From: Octopus vulgaris
Taxonomy: Eukaryota
DNA: 64,000 nucleotides
Direction: 5' to 3'
Assembly (NCBI GenBank): GCA_951406725.2
Contig: OX597814.1
Span: 44,516,001 to 44,580,000 of the forward strand
Shown here in pieces: positions 40,358-54,149 of this stretch (position 1 is the stretch's first letter; each line of letters starts with the position of its first letter). The translations under genes and the position numbers were made by a program. The notes below the pieces were generated by a model that was given only the letters and a program-made list of their open reading frames with translations, searched no databases and was not told where the DNA came from.

Positions 40358-40759
40358 TGCGGGATTAATCGATATGCGGGTATTCTATTTCAGATAATAT
40401 AATAATAACCTAATGAGTAAACTCATTAGCCGAAAGACAATTCGCCTATTGGACAATTGGCTGATAGAACAATAAGTCGACATGCGGAAGTATCGATCAT
40501 GGAGTTCATGAAAACCACGCCTTCACTGGAAGAGTCAACGTCCATCACTCTAACTTATCCACATTATTTGAGAAACTTAGTGTAGACAGTGTTGCACATC
40601 ACGATGAAATACTTAAAGAATATAACCAAAATTTCCAGCTGGGTATATAATCTACTTCACTAATTATATCATACTTTAGTCAATACTTATATTTATTAAA
40701 TATGAAGGAACTACACGTGTTTCAGTATTGGATGATTACAATATATATACATATACACA

Positions 40760-41274
40760 CCTGGATTTTGGTCAGCTGAAAGGGGTTTTCACAGACACGC
40801 ATCTTGTACCCAAATCCACAGTGATGATGAACTGAACTGAACAGTAACTAATCTGCACATCTTCTGATGACTCATGGATGGTGATTCAACGATTCCCCTC
40901 AGCTGCACGCACATCTGCGATGTTTTTTCTCAGTTTTGCTGGTTTCAGGGCTCCCAGAACGTTCGGCGATATCAACATTTCTGCTGCCATCTTCGAAACG
41001 TTTGAACCCCTTGTAGACTTGTGTGCGTCTCATACATTCCTCTCCATACACTTTCTGCAAGGTTGTGTAGTTTGCCAAGGTCAATGCAACGATCATACGC
41101 TACACACCTTCCTTCAAAGCATTGCTGTAAACGGCGGGAGAGTGCTAGAACGCTTTAACTTTGTGTGCATGGACAATAGATTTCAAGATCAATCTTTGCA
41201 AAGCAGCCTCACTATGCGTGTTTTAGCTTCGTTACTAGGGCAACAGTCCGGAAACGTATTGATCAGACCTCGTA
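40760..41274 (-). mobile_element. mariner 5' fragment
   Basis: TIR TA|CGAGGTCTGATCAATACGTTTCCGGACT; ORF 40899-41096 LQKVYGEECMRRTQVYK.FKRF.DG...D..RSG.P. Confidence 0.85.
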
Positions 41275-42147
41275 TTTTATAAAATAGCTTAACAGAGAAA
41301 TATGCAAAGGTATAAAAATTAATAACGTAAATTGATACCTGTAATAGATGGCAGCCGAGATTAATGCGAAGAAGATGAAGGTAGCCGAATATGGCATCCT
41401 TTGTTATGAGGTGGCAGAGTTATTGTATTCCACTGTTGTTAAGGTTTTACTCATAGAAATATCAAATAAGTAAGGAAGCTCTGAACCAACATCAGACAAC
41501 TGAAGCAGACTTGAAAAGAATACGCCTTCAGTTATTTAGTCGTTAATGCTAATTCTAGAAAATAAATTCCCCTGAAGTTCTAAGATATTGATGACATCTT
41601 TTTCTAGTGACACGTTAACGCATGTAATATTGCTATAAAGTAATTCAAGAACTCCTTCCGCTGCTTCTCCTGCTAAAACTTGATGTCTAGGATTTCCTTC
41701 TTTGCATTTTCACCATTAATGATGTATATTGTGATATCAGTTTCGGCTCACCTCCGAATTGAAAGACGAAACCACTTCGAATGCTTCAAAACCATATTGT
41801 ACAAAAGTGTTTCTCCAAGTATTGGCTACACTGAAAGTCTTTGGTAATTTTCTGAAATAGGGTAATAGATTTGATGCCACAGACAGTTCTTTGTATTTTA
41901 TGGGCTCCCAGAGATAGCCGTCTTCTATTACTACGAACCCTTCATTTAAATATTTTCACATGGTTACATTTATATCTTCATCCATATTGTGGAAGTAATA
42001 TACGGTAACGAGAATAGGCACCTGATCGAACCATCACTGTTGATGAGTAACTGAGCAATCATGTGCATAGCAAAAATACTTAGTGGCTGGTTCATGGCGT
42101 TAGTTAAAAACTTTGAGGGCATAGTTCTAATATTTATGTACTACGGT

Positions 42148-42697
42148 AAGGCGGCGTGCTGGCAGAAACGTTAGCACGCAGGCAAAGTGCTTAGCGGTAT
42201 TTCGTCTGCCGCTACGTTCTGAGTTCAAATTCCGCCGAGGTCGACTTTGCCTTTCATCCTTTCGGGGTCGATTAAATAAGTACCAGTTAGGCATTGGGGT
42301 CGATATAATCGATTTAATCCGTTTGTCTGTCCTTGTTTGTCCACTCTATGTTTAGCCCCTTGTGGGTAGTAAAGAAATAGGTATTTCGTCTGCCGCTACG
42401 TACTGAGTTCAAATTCCGCCGAGGTTGACTGTGCTTTTATCCTTTCGGAGTCGATTAAATAAGTACCAGTTACGCATTGGACTCGATATAATCGACTTAA
42501 TCCGTTTGTTTATCCTTGTTTGTCCCCTCTGTGTGTAGCCCCTTGTGGGCAGTAAAAAATAGGAAACATTAGCACGCCAGGTGTAATGCTTAGCGGTATT
42601 TCGCCTGTCTTTACATTCTGAGTTCAAATTCCGCCGAGGTCGACTTTGCCTTTCATCCCCAAAAGTTTCGAGCCTTGTGCCTAGAATAGAAAAGAAT
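42148..42697 (+). mobile_element. SINE family B, tandem trimer
   Basis: Three successive TGAGTTCAAATTCCGCCGAGGT(C/T)GACT units ~180-200 bp apart. Confidence 0.9.
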
Positions 42698-43650
42698 ATA
42701 CTACAGTAATAAATTTCAAGATAGTGAAATGCATTTAAGTTATGCAAGCTGAACAACCATTGTTTAGAATCGTAATTATGTATCGGTCGCAGGTGCTGCA
42801 AGACACTTCGACATTGGCAGGCATGCTGATCTCCAACCACTGCATTCGTGTAATACATGACCGAAAGAATTCTTTTCCCAGTTGTGACAATGAGTGTAGG
42901 TCTCTTTCTTGAAGGCTCGGTTACCTCATGCTAATTTCCAACACAACTCTGTTTTAACCCCATTATAAACTTGAAGAATTACTAGCACTTTGCACAAACA
43001 CCAATAGAATCAAGGATTGTTACAAACCATTTATATTCGGATACTGGAACAATAACTTTCTCTTCCAATTTCTGCACCTTCAAATTTGTTTTCAAAGAGA
43101 CGTATCACACAGCCCACACATCTTGTTCTATATCAACACAGACTTACGTAATTTGCACATCAATTTTCCTATACAAAAATGTTAAACATCTCAACTCGAG
43201 CTTAACTCTAAGTACATGCACCATTGATAAAATAACATGTGCCTGTGTGCATGACTGTGTTTGTAGTATGTATATCTATACATAAAAATAAACAAAAAAA
43301 AATCAGCCAAAATGTTAGAACTAAGTATGTTGGATAGAAAGCCTCGGATATATGTTTAGAAAGTATACGATCTGAATATAAATGCCAACAACAACACTGC
43401 TTTGCAGATTTTCTGGGCCGAAAAATTTCCTAGTCTGAGTTCGAATTTTGTCATCCCCTATTTGGGTGGTTATCTTACTTCGCCACTCGGTTCATCAGCC
43501 ATAATCTTACATTTTGGGACATTTAAACGGATCCAACTTTGTTGTAAGCATGCGGACCTGATTCCTGGTTTGAGGGTAATCATTTTCCAGCCAGTCAGAT
43601 TCTGTTCTACCACATGACTAATACACACGCACATGCACACACACACACAC

Positions 43651-43706
<56 letters not shown>

Positions 43707-43889
43707 TTAAATAATAAGGGTAGAAATTGAAATATTAATAAATTAAAACCACTGGCTTAGCTTATTTAAAAAATCCGAAGATTAAACATTTTGAATATAT
43801 AGACATATATATATATATATATATATTTGTAAAAAATGAAGTTCGAAAATGCTGCTGTATTATACAATTTTTAATTTTTATATATACAT

Positions 43890-43928
43890 TATAACATGTT
43901 TCAGTTCCTGAAATGAACCTTATCAAAA
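43890..43928 (-). ncRNA. Hammerhead-like motif, U3:A8 core, degenerate helix I
   Basis: Minus strand reads TTGATAA GGTTC atttcag GAACT GAAA CATG TT, at the expected position in the PLE 3' end. Confidence 0.55.
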
Positions 43929-44011
43929 AAAGTTATATATAAAAAGAGACAGCTCATGCCGTCAAACACAAGAAATTCATTTATAATACACAACGGAGTC
44001 AGACATCTTAG

Positions 44012-44081
44012 AGTTCATGTATAGTTGATATATAGTTCATGTATAGTTGATATATAGTTCATGTATAGTTGATATATAGTT
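44012..44081. repeat. 22 bp tandem repeat x3
   Basis: AGTTCATGTATAGTTGATATAT x3 inside the PLE 3' region. Confidence 0.9.
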
Positions 44082-44329
44082 TGAAGTATATGTTCAAAGT
44101 GTTCGATGCAGTGGCCCACGGTGGCGATACGTATTCAATACAAAAAACAGATCAAAGTGGTGGAAAGCGGTCAATACAGAAGATTGATGTTTCCGAAAGA
44201 GCGAGGAATTCATTTTTACCTTAAGCAATTGTGATGACCCATGGTGGAAGTTCGCTGGGTGGTTCTAGTGATTTTTTGTGAAATGCTTGGTTTTATAATG
44301 CCTGTTAGGTGGTCAATCTAGCGTAGCGT

Positions 44330-44661
44330 GACGTCATCAATGTTTTGACCAATCGTTTCGTTAGGTGGCTTTAATCAAGTGGAACGGGACGTCATCATTA
44401 TTTTGACCAATCGCTGCATTATAACTCCCTCTTGTTTGTTTCCTGTCTTGACCAGTCGCTTCGTTAGTCAAGCATAGCGGGATGTCATCCAGATTCTGCC
44501 CAATCACGACTTATAGCTACATTAGATCTGCCCCCTGTCTGTACTTGTTAGGTGACTATTCAAGCAGAAAAGGACGTCATCAATATTCTGACTAATGACT
44601 GTCCCCTGTTTGTATCCTGTCCATTCTAGCAGAGCTAGACGTCGTCAACTTGTTGACCAAT
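44330..44661 (+). promoter_or_regulatory. Five CRE-like (GACGTCA)-N12-CCAAT modules
   Basis: Modules start at 44330, 44388, 44481, 44573 and 44638, each with a 12 nt spacer. Confidence 0.55.
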
Positions 44662-44830
44662 CAGAATCGGGTCTGACCCTTAGCTGTATCGTATGTATCA
44701 GGGTCAGATTTGCACGAAAGAATTTTTTTCCCTTTTTTACTAAGGCATATTTCCGTCAGAGTGAGTGTCTGTTTGAAGTAGCGGCCGTGGTGAAATTTGG
44801 TTCTCCTTTTCGGAGGACTTATCTTTTGTT

Positions 44831-45361
44831 TTAGTATTCCTGGCCCAGGGTGTTTAAACTTGGTCTAAATTTTTTTATGAAATATAGTTCTTTATTTTGG
44901 CGTTGTGTGAAGGTTGCGTTGTCACTGAATTTATAGAGCGGGTTAGTTGTAAATTTCGGATTTACATTTCCAGCACATCTATCTATGTGTCCGCTGACCG
45001 GTATTTTGCGGTAATCAGGGTTTCTAATTTGTGATTTATGCACCGCCATCCTGTTACGTAAGCTATTTTTTGTATGGCCTATATACTGCCTATTGCAGCC
45101 TGCGCATGTTATGACGTAAATTAAGTTTTCTGATGCGCAGGTGAAGTTTGTTCTAATGGTGAACTGGTGGCCTTGTCCCAGTATAAATTCTGATCCTTCT
45201 TTCAAGATGACACAGATTCCGCAGTTGGGCCTTCCACATTTTCTAACTGCTGGTTTTGTGGTTGATGTTGAGTGCAGTGTAGCTTGGGTTAAAATCCTTT
45301 TCAAGGATTTTGGTTGCCGTTTACTTTTAATGATGGTGTGTGTTTCGAGGATCCGGTTCAT
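44831..45361 (-). CDS. GIY-YIG endonuclease domain of the PLE (open fragment)
   Basis: LIY...YIG motif with conserved R, H, E, N and upstream Cys residues. Confidence 0.85.
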   Translation of the reverse strand: MNRILETHTIIKSKRQPKSLKRILTQATLHSTSTTKPAVRKCGRPNCGICVILKEGSEFILGQGHQFTIRTNFTCASENLIYVITCAGCNRQYIGHTKNSLRNRMAVHKSQIRNPDYRKIPVSGHIDRCAGNVNPKFTTNPLYKFSDNATFTQRQNKELYFIKKFRPSLNTLGQEY

Positions 45362-45704
45362 CTTTGGGTCTCCCTTTAGTAGGGCTGTGCTTTGTAGTAT
45401 GGTGTTGAAGGCCTCATTGTTGAGTGGGTTGTGTGTAGAGATGTAGGGAAGGGTTTTTAATTGTTCTTTCTTTTTTTGGTTTTGTTTGTCTCAGGTCTTC
45501 TATACTTAATTTAAGTACCCGTTGGATTGCACTGTCTATTAGGGGCTGTGGATAGTTTCTATTTGTGAGTGTGGTTCTAAGTTCCTGGAGACGTGTGTGT
45601 CGGGTGTTTGTGTCTGATATTATGGTGCAAATCCTTCTAGCTAAACAAAAAGGGACATTCATTCTAATGTGTCGTGGGTGGCATGAATCAAAGGGTAGGT
45701 ACTG

Positions 45705-45742
<38 letters not shown>

Positions 45743-45759
45743 AAGTTCCATTATTGGTA

Positions 45760-46700
45760 GCATCACCAAAAATGCACTTCATCCAGTGAGAGATAAATAC
45801 CATTCAATATGCACAATTTCACAAGAGATACGAATAATTTCGTGATTTAAGATACTACATTGAATTAGCAGATTTATATAAAATGCGATGTATATCCAAA
45901 CATTCTTTGAGATTCAGTTTAAAAAAATTAGGATGCTGCTCTATGAGAAAATATGATAACAAAAGAGACAAGAAGAAAAAACGCGAAAAATATTGATGCA
46001 AAAAGTGGAAGGAGAAGAAAGAAAAGAAAAGTGAAAAAAAACACGATCTTCCTCTTTTTTTACTGTAGAAACCATAGTTAATGTATGTCCTGCAGAATAA
46101 TATAACGGAAATGATGACAGGGTCTTTGAAATAGCTACTCAAAACGAAATGGGTGGTGTCTTGCAGTTCGACAAAAGGAATTTGTCCATGTTCTTGAATA
46201 TGCTAGTGAATCGGATCTGGAATTAATAAGTGTAGAGGAATTCTTGGATCTAAAAGAGTGAGAGATCTTTCAGCTATATATAACTTGTCTTTGAACCATT
46301 TATATATGGTATATACTTCTCTCACGATTCTCCACTCGAATGTATTTGTTGTGCAAATAGTCTTCAGATCCCATACCTGACCAGCCAACTGAGGACCTTA
46401 TTTTTATTAATGTATCGGAAAGAAGACTGCTGGCTTGCATAACGGCTTTTAAAATTACCTTCGCATGAAGATTTAACTTTACTTCTCAATTATGCTGCCT
46501 GGAGCACTTCTCTAACTTAGGCGTCATAAACAACTGAGTTTATCAAACACGCTTGATCAAATTGGCAAGCCTGTGGGTCTCGACAGTTACAACTAGGAGT
46601 GGGATCTCGGTGTGACTTGCAGGTGATAATACCCTACATAATGGGGAAGCAGATGTACAAAAGTTTTATCGATCGTCTATTAAAACTCTTCCTGTAATTG
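45760..46700 (-). mobile_element. Decayed I/Jockey-type LINE remnant
   Basis: Minus-strand remnants resembling PGPD.I...M.K (~46200) and KDP.S.R.I.L (~46110). Confidence 0.4.
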
Positions 46701-49067
46701 TGGTTTACTGAGAAACGCTTATTTAATAATGCCAGCAATTTTTGCCTATGTCAGTTTTAACATTTTAGGAGAAAAAGGGGTGGTGAACATTATTATTTTC
46801 CTAGGTCTACTTTTAGGATTCATATTTTTAACGAAGGGGTTATATCATACCTTATCTTTGAAGTTCCAATTAGATAGAGCGTTGTTATAGTAGGTGTATG
46901 CTTTATCAAAGAGGATAGAATAGATACCCTATTTCTAATGAGAGATGTTAGGTTTTTTAAAACACTTGCGGGGGGGGGGAGGGGGTAAACCACTATAGGT
47001 CTGTTCATATATCTGTACATGTAGATATGTCTCAATTAATTTCTAACATATCTTATTAAAGCACTTCCACTATATATAGTTTTCTTTTGATGAGACACTA
47101 TAACAAAGATCATGAGTCTCTTTATCACATGTATACCCACCAACCCACTCATGCACACATGTATGTGTGTGTATGTGTGTTTGTTTGTATGTGTGTATGT
47201 GTGTGTGAGTGCGTATGTATTCATGATGCACCGTTTACATTCTTTTCGCGTGAATAGCAGATAATTTATATATTTTTAATACATATGTGAGTCACATACA
47301 TATTATTTGCTGTTAATTTTAAAGTAAAATTCGGAACAAAACACACGAAACATAAAACATATATTATTGACAAGGTTACAGATTTCTTTAGATAGATATT
47401 TCTGCCTGTCACTTTTCTTTCAAGTTCATTTCAGCGGACATACATTGTATAAATTCTAGCCCTGAGGATTTGCAGAGAAAACGACAAAAATAGAAGTATG
47501 TAAAAGAAATGAAACTATACAATGAGATTTAGTAGTCTCTGCACACATTTCTTTTCAAAAGTGGAATTATGAGCAATAATTAATTTTCGTCGATAACATT
47601 TTCTGTTGCCTCTATAAAAGCAATGCTGATTTCTTTTGTCAAAGATATAAAGCCAAATTTTGTAAGGCAGTGAATATAGTCAACTGAATAAAACCAACTG
47701 TATCTGTTATTTGTGTAAACCTTTCAATCCCTGCGCGAGTACATTAGAAACATAATGAAATAGGTTAGCTTTAAGATTCAATTCTGGAAAACGTACAGCT
47801 CACAATCAGTTAACTACTCGCCTAAAAGTGGTTTCAATACATAAGCTACAGTGACGACCAGCATAGTCACAATGTCCCTCATTTAAAAGAAAAAGAAGAA
47901 TGCGATTGGATAAAAATTGTTAAGTATTTCTGATAAACGTGACGGATAAAAATATATCTAAGTCAACGCCATCAGGATTTGAACACTGAATATGTACTAC
48001 AAATCATTTAAACAATTTTCCGACTCACTGTTGGTAAGATTATTGAATTCTTAGGTTGAGTGGAAATAAAAGATCAGTAAGGTAGAAATGTATTTGACTG
48101 AAGGAGATCTAGTATTACTACGTATTCCTGAATCATTGTAATCTATATTCAGCAGAATTATGAATGCGCCAGTCAAAAACCTATCTAGCGTCTTGGTGCA
48201 TCAGTCCACGATCACAGTTGAACTCCTTTCGGGATCATCCATCCTTTTATGTCTTCCAAGTTCAATAATATGTATTATCAGCCAATTAATCGGGCCGATT
48301 TAACCGACGCATCTCTACTACCGAATTTGTGGTCTTGTGTCTATTTTAGAAGATGTCCAAACCCCACCCAGAGTAACTTTACCAGCAACTTTCCATCCCC
48401 TTGGAGACGATGGAATAAAGTACGAGTTGAAAAACTAAAGTCAATGGCATTCACGGACCCGTTCCCCTGAAAAGTGTTGTCATTGTGACAATCCTACGGC
48501 GAGTCAAGGATAAAAGATGTTACTGCATGACTGAAACTTTGTGAAAGAGAGGTGGCAGGGGCAATAGCGAAATATCTTTATGTAAAACATCGCAGACGTT
48601 TAACTTGAGAGGGTTTTTCTAGGGATGTGGGTAATACTTGTCAGAAAAAATGTTTTGGATTTCTCTGAGACATGCTTCCCCTGAGATATTATCTAATGTT
48701 TCTAACATCCCTTTGTTATCATACCTAAGGCACCCACAATATTATTATTATTATCATTATTATTACTGGTGGTGGTGGTGACGGAGGTGGCGACGGTGTT
48801 GTTGGTGGTGTCGTTCTTGTCGTCATCCTCGTCGTCGTTGTTATCGTCCTTGTCACCATCAGTACCACCTCTGAGTTACAGGGACAGTGTATATTGATGT
48901 TCAAGAAGTTTATATTGTGATTGATAAGTTTCTGAATAGAAAATTTGAGATCTTTATTATTGCTTGAAAAATTCTCTATTATTAAACGCTCCGTATCTCT
49001 TAATTTTGGTGGAGAAAATATCATGCACCCACTTCGGCCCCCGCCCAGCAATCACTTTTATTTAAAA

Positions 49068-49460
49068 CTAGCAGTATCGCCCGGCGTTGCTCGGGTTTGT
49101 AAGGGAAATAACTATATAAGCATTTTTAGAGAGTTATAGCCAAAAAAATAGCAAAAAATGCATTAAAAATGGAAAAAATATGATGGTAAATTTTTTTAAA
49201 TTGTTGACTCATCGTAGACATTTTTAGAGAGTTACTTCCCTTATATTTAAAAAAATATGCATTAAAATGGAAAAAATGATGGTAAATTATTTTTAAAATC
49301 GTAGACTCATCGTAGACGCGCGCTAATACCCAGAAGGGCTTGATATGAATTACGACTATAAGATACCCGGTTTTGGTTGAACTGCACCGCAAAATGTGGG
49401 AGTAGTTAGGAATCTAAATCGGAGTAGACAGACACACAACATTACTTTTATATATAAAGA
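49068..49460 (-). mobile_element. Non-autonomous Helitron, copy 2
   Basis: Reverse complement of 10719-11116 with the same TC...CTAG ends, hairpin and A|T target. Confidence 0.85.
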
Positions 49461-52400
49461 TATCAAGACTGAAGTTTGAAGCGGGTGCAGCGTTGAGAAG
49501 CAATCATGATAATCGTGACAGCAGTAACACTAAATCTGGCTTGTGCACAGAAAATCTGCCTTATCAAAGCAAAAGAGTAACTTTTTGTTCGGAGAAATAT
49601 AATACCAAATGCTTTCGTGTTAACGCTGGCGACGCCATTAATTTTATGGTGCAGCTCAGATACGGTGCGGAAAACGTTTACAGTGTAAACAACAACAACA
49701 ACAACAACAACAGCAGCAGCATCAAGAGTGACAAGAATGAAAATAAAAAGGAAAATAATGCAATGAAAGGTGGAAAAGATAACAAAAAATATGTTAACAT
49801 CGACAAGGCCAGAAAAAGGTTGAAATGTCAATGCAAAGTTGAACGAAATAACTGACACCAGCTTCATGATGATGAGCAACAGCAATAATAACAAATACGG
49901 AAAACAACTAGCAAAAGATACCAAAAGTAGTGATAGGAATAAAACAATAAAAAAAAGAAGATAACGCCAACAGCATTCACAGTAGTACATAAAAAATAAA
50001 AGCATCAATAAATGAAGCAAGATTTCAAGAACCACAGGCATATGGATTAGATGCTATCTTCATTTCAAAGCCAAAGATATATGTTGAATGAAATTCTATG
50101 TAGAACGGCCTGAAGTCATAATGCTTCTGGAAGACGATTTCTGCATTCGCGAAGAAGAACAGTTAAATCTTTTTCCCAGCGCTAGCAGAAATGCAACTCA
50201 AAAATAGGTCATGTAATATTTGATTTTTCAGGAAATGAAAACATGGACCACTGGAAACTTTGCTTCAAAATGTGAAACAAGTGAGACTGCACTTCAGAAA
50301 TCGTGTTTTGGAGAAATCTCCAAATCCTAAATCAAGGGATAGTTGTCCTTTCATATAGAGGGCTGGTAAACTTGAGTCCGCGGATCTTGGTAGTCTTACT
50401 GCAAGATGGAAGTGGCACGGACCAAGATAATATAATTTTGTCTTGATCCAGGTAAAAGCAAGAAAGTTCTTCAAACTTCGAATGTTTTGCAGGGTTAAAC
50501 TAAACTAAGGGAAGGCTGTGAACGTAATATTTCTATCAAACAATGACGAACAACAAAATTAACACAAACACACAGAGTCTAGAAAGAAAAATCAACAACA
50601 AAATCAACAAACTCAGAACAGGGATAGCAACAATAAAGACAAGAGCAAGAAAAACAATACTCTTCTAGAAAAAATAAACAGATTTGACGGATTTCTTAAA
50701 ATAAAAGTCTAAAGAAATTAAGAAGCGATAGAAACGTTTCTACTCAAAAGTGAAAATGATATCTTCATTAGGGTATAGAACTATGAGGGGCAAATTCCCA
50801 AGGGAAGTATTGGTTGTTAAGAGAGACTGTAGACTTCAGAACGTTAGAAGGATCCTGTAGAGAACGAAGATCACAAACACGTATCGTAAGTTCAGTAATT
50901 TCTTCACATGATATGCTAAAACGTTGAATTTGGGATACGTGAATAACGATGTATGTCATGGTGGGTCACTTTATATATTACTTCCATGTCTCATGCTTTA
51001 GTGCTCCGTCTGAATGACTACGAGGTTTACGCATCCTGTGCTGGAACCAGATCACGTTTAGATCTTATTGTTCCACAAAATCTAAATCACTATATAAAAA
51101 GTTTCCTTTACTCGTATGATAGTGTGGATCCCTGAGGTTTTAATGGAATACCTTTTACCCAAACACTTGTCACCGTTTATTCCTAGATAGAGCTCGGACC
51201 AGCAGATATTTTAAGGCATCTGGAACTTCTCCAATGATCATTACACCTTGAGTAGAACTGTACAGAAGCTAGAATTATGCAGTCGTACCTGACATGGCTT
51301 TGTGTTTCTTACTTTGCAGTTGTTTCCCAACTACCAAATGGGCTTAAGCAAACCTCAGTGGGTCTTAAAGTGGTATTCATATAGAACTTTCATTTGGTTA
51401 GCAGAAAGCAACAGCGAAAGATGTCTACTTAGCTAGAAAATCTAGCTGAAATGTTATCCAGCATAAAACTACCCAGAAAGGGACATGAGTGCTGAAAAAT
51501 CAATGTTATTTAATGTAAGACGTTTAAAGTGACTGGTATAGCAAGCGACCTAAGAGGGAATTGGAGACAATCATCAACGACATGTGGTATACCATATTAA
51601 AGAGTAAAATTAGAACAGAATTTCTTAGTTTTATTAAAGATGTAGCTTTAAAGAACAATAGATTGGAGAAACTGTTAAACGGTTACCCGAAACGCCTATT
51701 GGAAAGTAGAAGAGTACGCAATAAAAATACCCCTAGACAATTTCTTCGATGTCAAACAAGAAAACTGTGTTGTCCGAGATAAGAGGCACGTTGATACGAA
51801 GGGACGACAGATTTTCAATGGACCCGGTTGTCGCGAGTGGAGAGCGGCAACAAAGTATATTTTCGTTCATCAAAGACCTCTTACTAAATTATTGTGAGCG
51901 AGTGACTTTTTTCCTTCGACCAGACTTTATCAAACTGTTAGCAAATTTATAATGTCGCCGCTGAGAACGGGCCTGGGCAAGAGAGAAATGTCTGAAATTA
52001 TAAAACTGTTAGTTATTTCACGAATAGGTACGGCTAATCCTCCTCTCAAAATTTACTGAAAATTTGCATAAATTAAAACCATATTAGTTGAAGAAACAGA
52101 AAAATGGGAGAATTATATCCTGCAATTAACAGACACGTTTTTTCAGTCGCAGGCAAAACTGAAATTATCATTGTCCCCTCGATGTCTTCATAATGAAATA
52201 CATACCTGGACTCAAATTACATTTACGCATCCATCGCAGATAGATGCTGTTTATATTATTTTTAATTCTCCCCACTTTTTTAAATAATTTCCTAAAATCA
52301 TTCATGTGTCGAATTCGAGGGTACTGGTCATCATCATCATTATCATCATCATCATCATCATCACCATCAACATCATCACCGCCACCATTATTCTGAAATA

Positions 52401-52494
52401 CGGCAGGGAATCAGAGCTAACACAAGTTGTAAGTCGCCTGAGTTGGATGGTCTCCCTTACTAGATTGACATTTGTCGTCGGTAGTCTGGTCGGG

Positions 52495-53450
52495 TAGCGC
52501 AAATGTTTGCAATTCCGTACATGTATATCCCACACAACCCCAAACTTATGCGGTACATCATAGAGAGGGCTGGAACTAAAGCTGGCTTCGGTGAGGATCT
52601 GATTAATTTGGACCAATCCAAAACTTTCGACAGAGTCGACCATCACTACTCGAAAACCGTCCTGAAGGCTGTCAGTTTTGGACCTGTTTTCAGAGGCTGG
52701 ATCAGTGCAATACACAGCGACTCCTGCTCAATGGTGAAAGTAAATGGCCACATATCGCCTCTTCTGTACGTGGTGGCTCTCGAGACACCGCTACAGAAGT
52801 TGGAACAGTTGAGGTGCTTCCCCTTTGAACTGGGACACGAGAAGGCCGTGTCGGCGTACGCGGATGAAGACACAGTCATGGTGTCTAATGCCTCCGAAAT
52901 GGAGACGGCAGGCACGATTTTAAAGGTATATGAGTCGGTTGCAGGGTCCAAAATTAACGCCGACAAGTCGGCGGACTTGTCAACCGAGTTCGTAGTAAAG
53001 ATTACCCTGCCGCCTTCCTTTATTCGGGCAGGTAAGGCAGTTTTCCTTTCCTGGTGGCAGTGGTGAAAGACGTTGTCTGGTGGACGAAGTTGAAATGCAT
53101 GGGGACACAGACATTTCTCATTGGTAGAGCATTCATCTACTTTTTCAAGTCATACTTGAAGATGAAAGAGAAGTGCTGTCCTTGAGCCAATTTATTGAAA
53201 GGTAAGTGAATCGCTAAAATGGCAAGAATGAATGATATGACTCTACGTAGAGAGTTGTGAAGCAGAGAACAGGAATTGGAGAGAGCACTTGCCCTTGGTG
53301 TGAAGTGAGATGTTGGATGGTGGGGTTCCCCGTCTATCCCTAACGGTCCTCTTTGTATCAGAAAGGCAGCATATGTGTCATCTTTTTTGTCCGACTTTCT
53401 TTCTTTGTACTGTTGTATATTGTGTATTCTACATTTTATTTTAGTGTACA
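52495..53450 (+). mobile_element. Tx1/L1-clade LINE RT fragment
   Basis: ORF 52503-53066: LDQSKTFDRVDH, GWI, VKVNG, SPLLY..ALE, AYADE, YE...GSKIN.DKS. Possibly related upstream remnants at ~51540-51960. Confidence 0.8.
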
Positions 53451-53537
53451 CTGTGTAAATGTCTTATATATATATATTTTTTGTCATTTCATTTTATGTA
53501 AACCCTAAGAAAATGTGAAACCATTATTATTAATATT

Positions 53538-53581
53538 ATCATCATCATCATCCTCAATTTCATCATCATCATCATCATCAA

Positions 53582-53653
<72 letters not shown>

Positions 53654-53657
53654 CATC
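53538..53657. repeat. (CAT)n microsatellite
   Basis: Direct reading. Confidence 0.95.
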
Positions 53658-54149
53658 TTGAATATCTCCGTCCACCTTCGGCTAAGAAGGACAGGCTGTT
53701 GCCCTCTGCCTGGTGGATATGGAGAAAATGGTTGTGCGGTGGACCAGGCAGAAGTCACTGAAGCCAGACACTTTTGACTTCATCCAAATCTTCATCGACA
53801 TTTTGCATCCAATTTAAAAACGATGATGTAGTATTTAGGTTCCAAGGATGGACGAAAGAAAAGAAACTTCTATAATCTGTAAGATAGAGCGAAGTGAGAT
53901 GAGTATTCTATCTCGTTATGAATACACTATATTGTTATGATGCTCTTGTGTTTTGAAGTGTTGCAGGATCGGTTGGGTTCCTTCGTTACATCTCAGTGGT
54001 AACTCCACTGGCGAAACGTTGCTGCTGTCAATTGTTTGTTGATTGCTCGTTTTATGTTTTATGTATGAGTGTGTGTGTAAATTCACATATTTCTTACGTC
54101 CTAAACGTTTTATAAGGGCCTTTGAGGCCAATAAACATATCATCATTAT

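Larger units (their letters stand above)
43826..45707 (-). mobile_element. 5'-truncated Penelope-like element (RT thumb, GIY-YIG, ~1 kb 3' region)
   Basis: KQYLPFDSCHP...LARRI...NYP, then C..C..C...NLIYVITCAGC..QYIG.T...LRNR...H...E..FI....P.LN. Both ends are in (TA)n. Confidence 0.9.

Noticed and set aside
43467-43501. HHR-like TGG CTGATGA ACC gagt GGC GAAG...CCA on the minus strand
   Set aside because: GAAG instead of GAAA, a mismatch at the base of helix II and no helix III; could be chance.
44012-44661. CRISPR-like reading of the regularly spaced repeats
   Set aside because: Eukaryotic TE context, degenerate repeats, irregular spacing, no cas genes.
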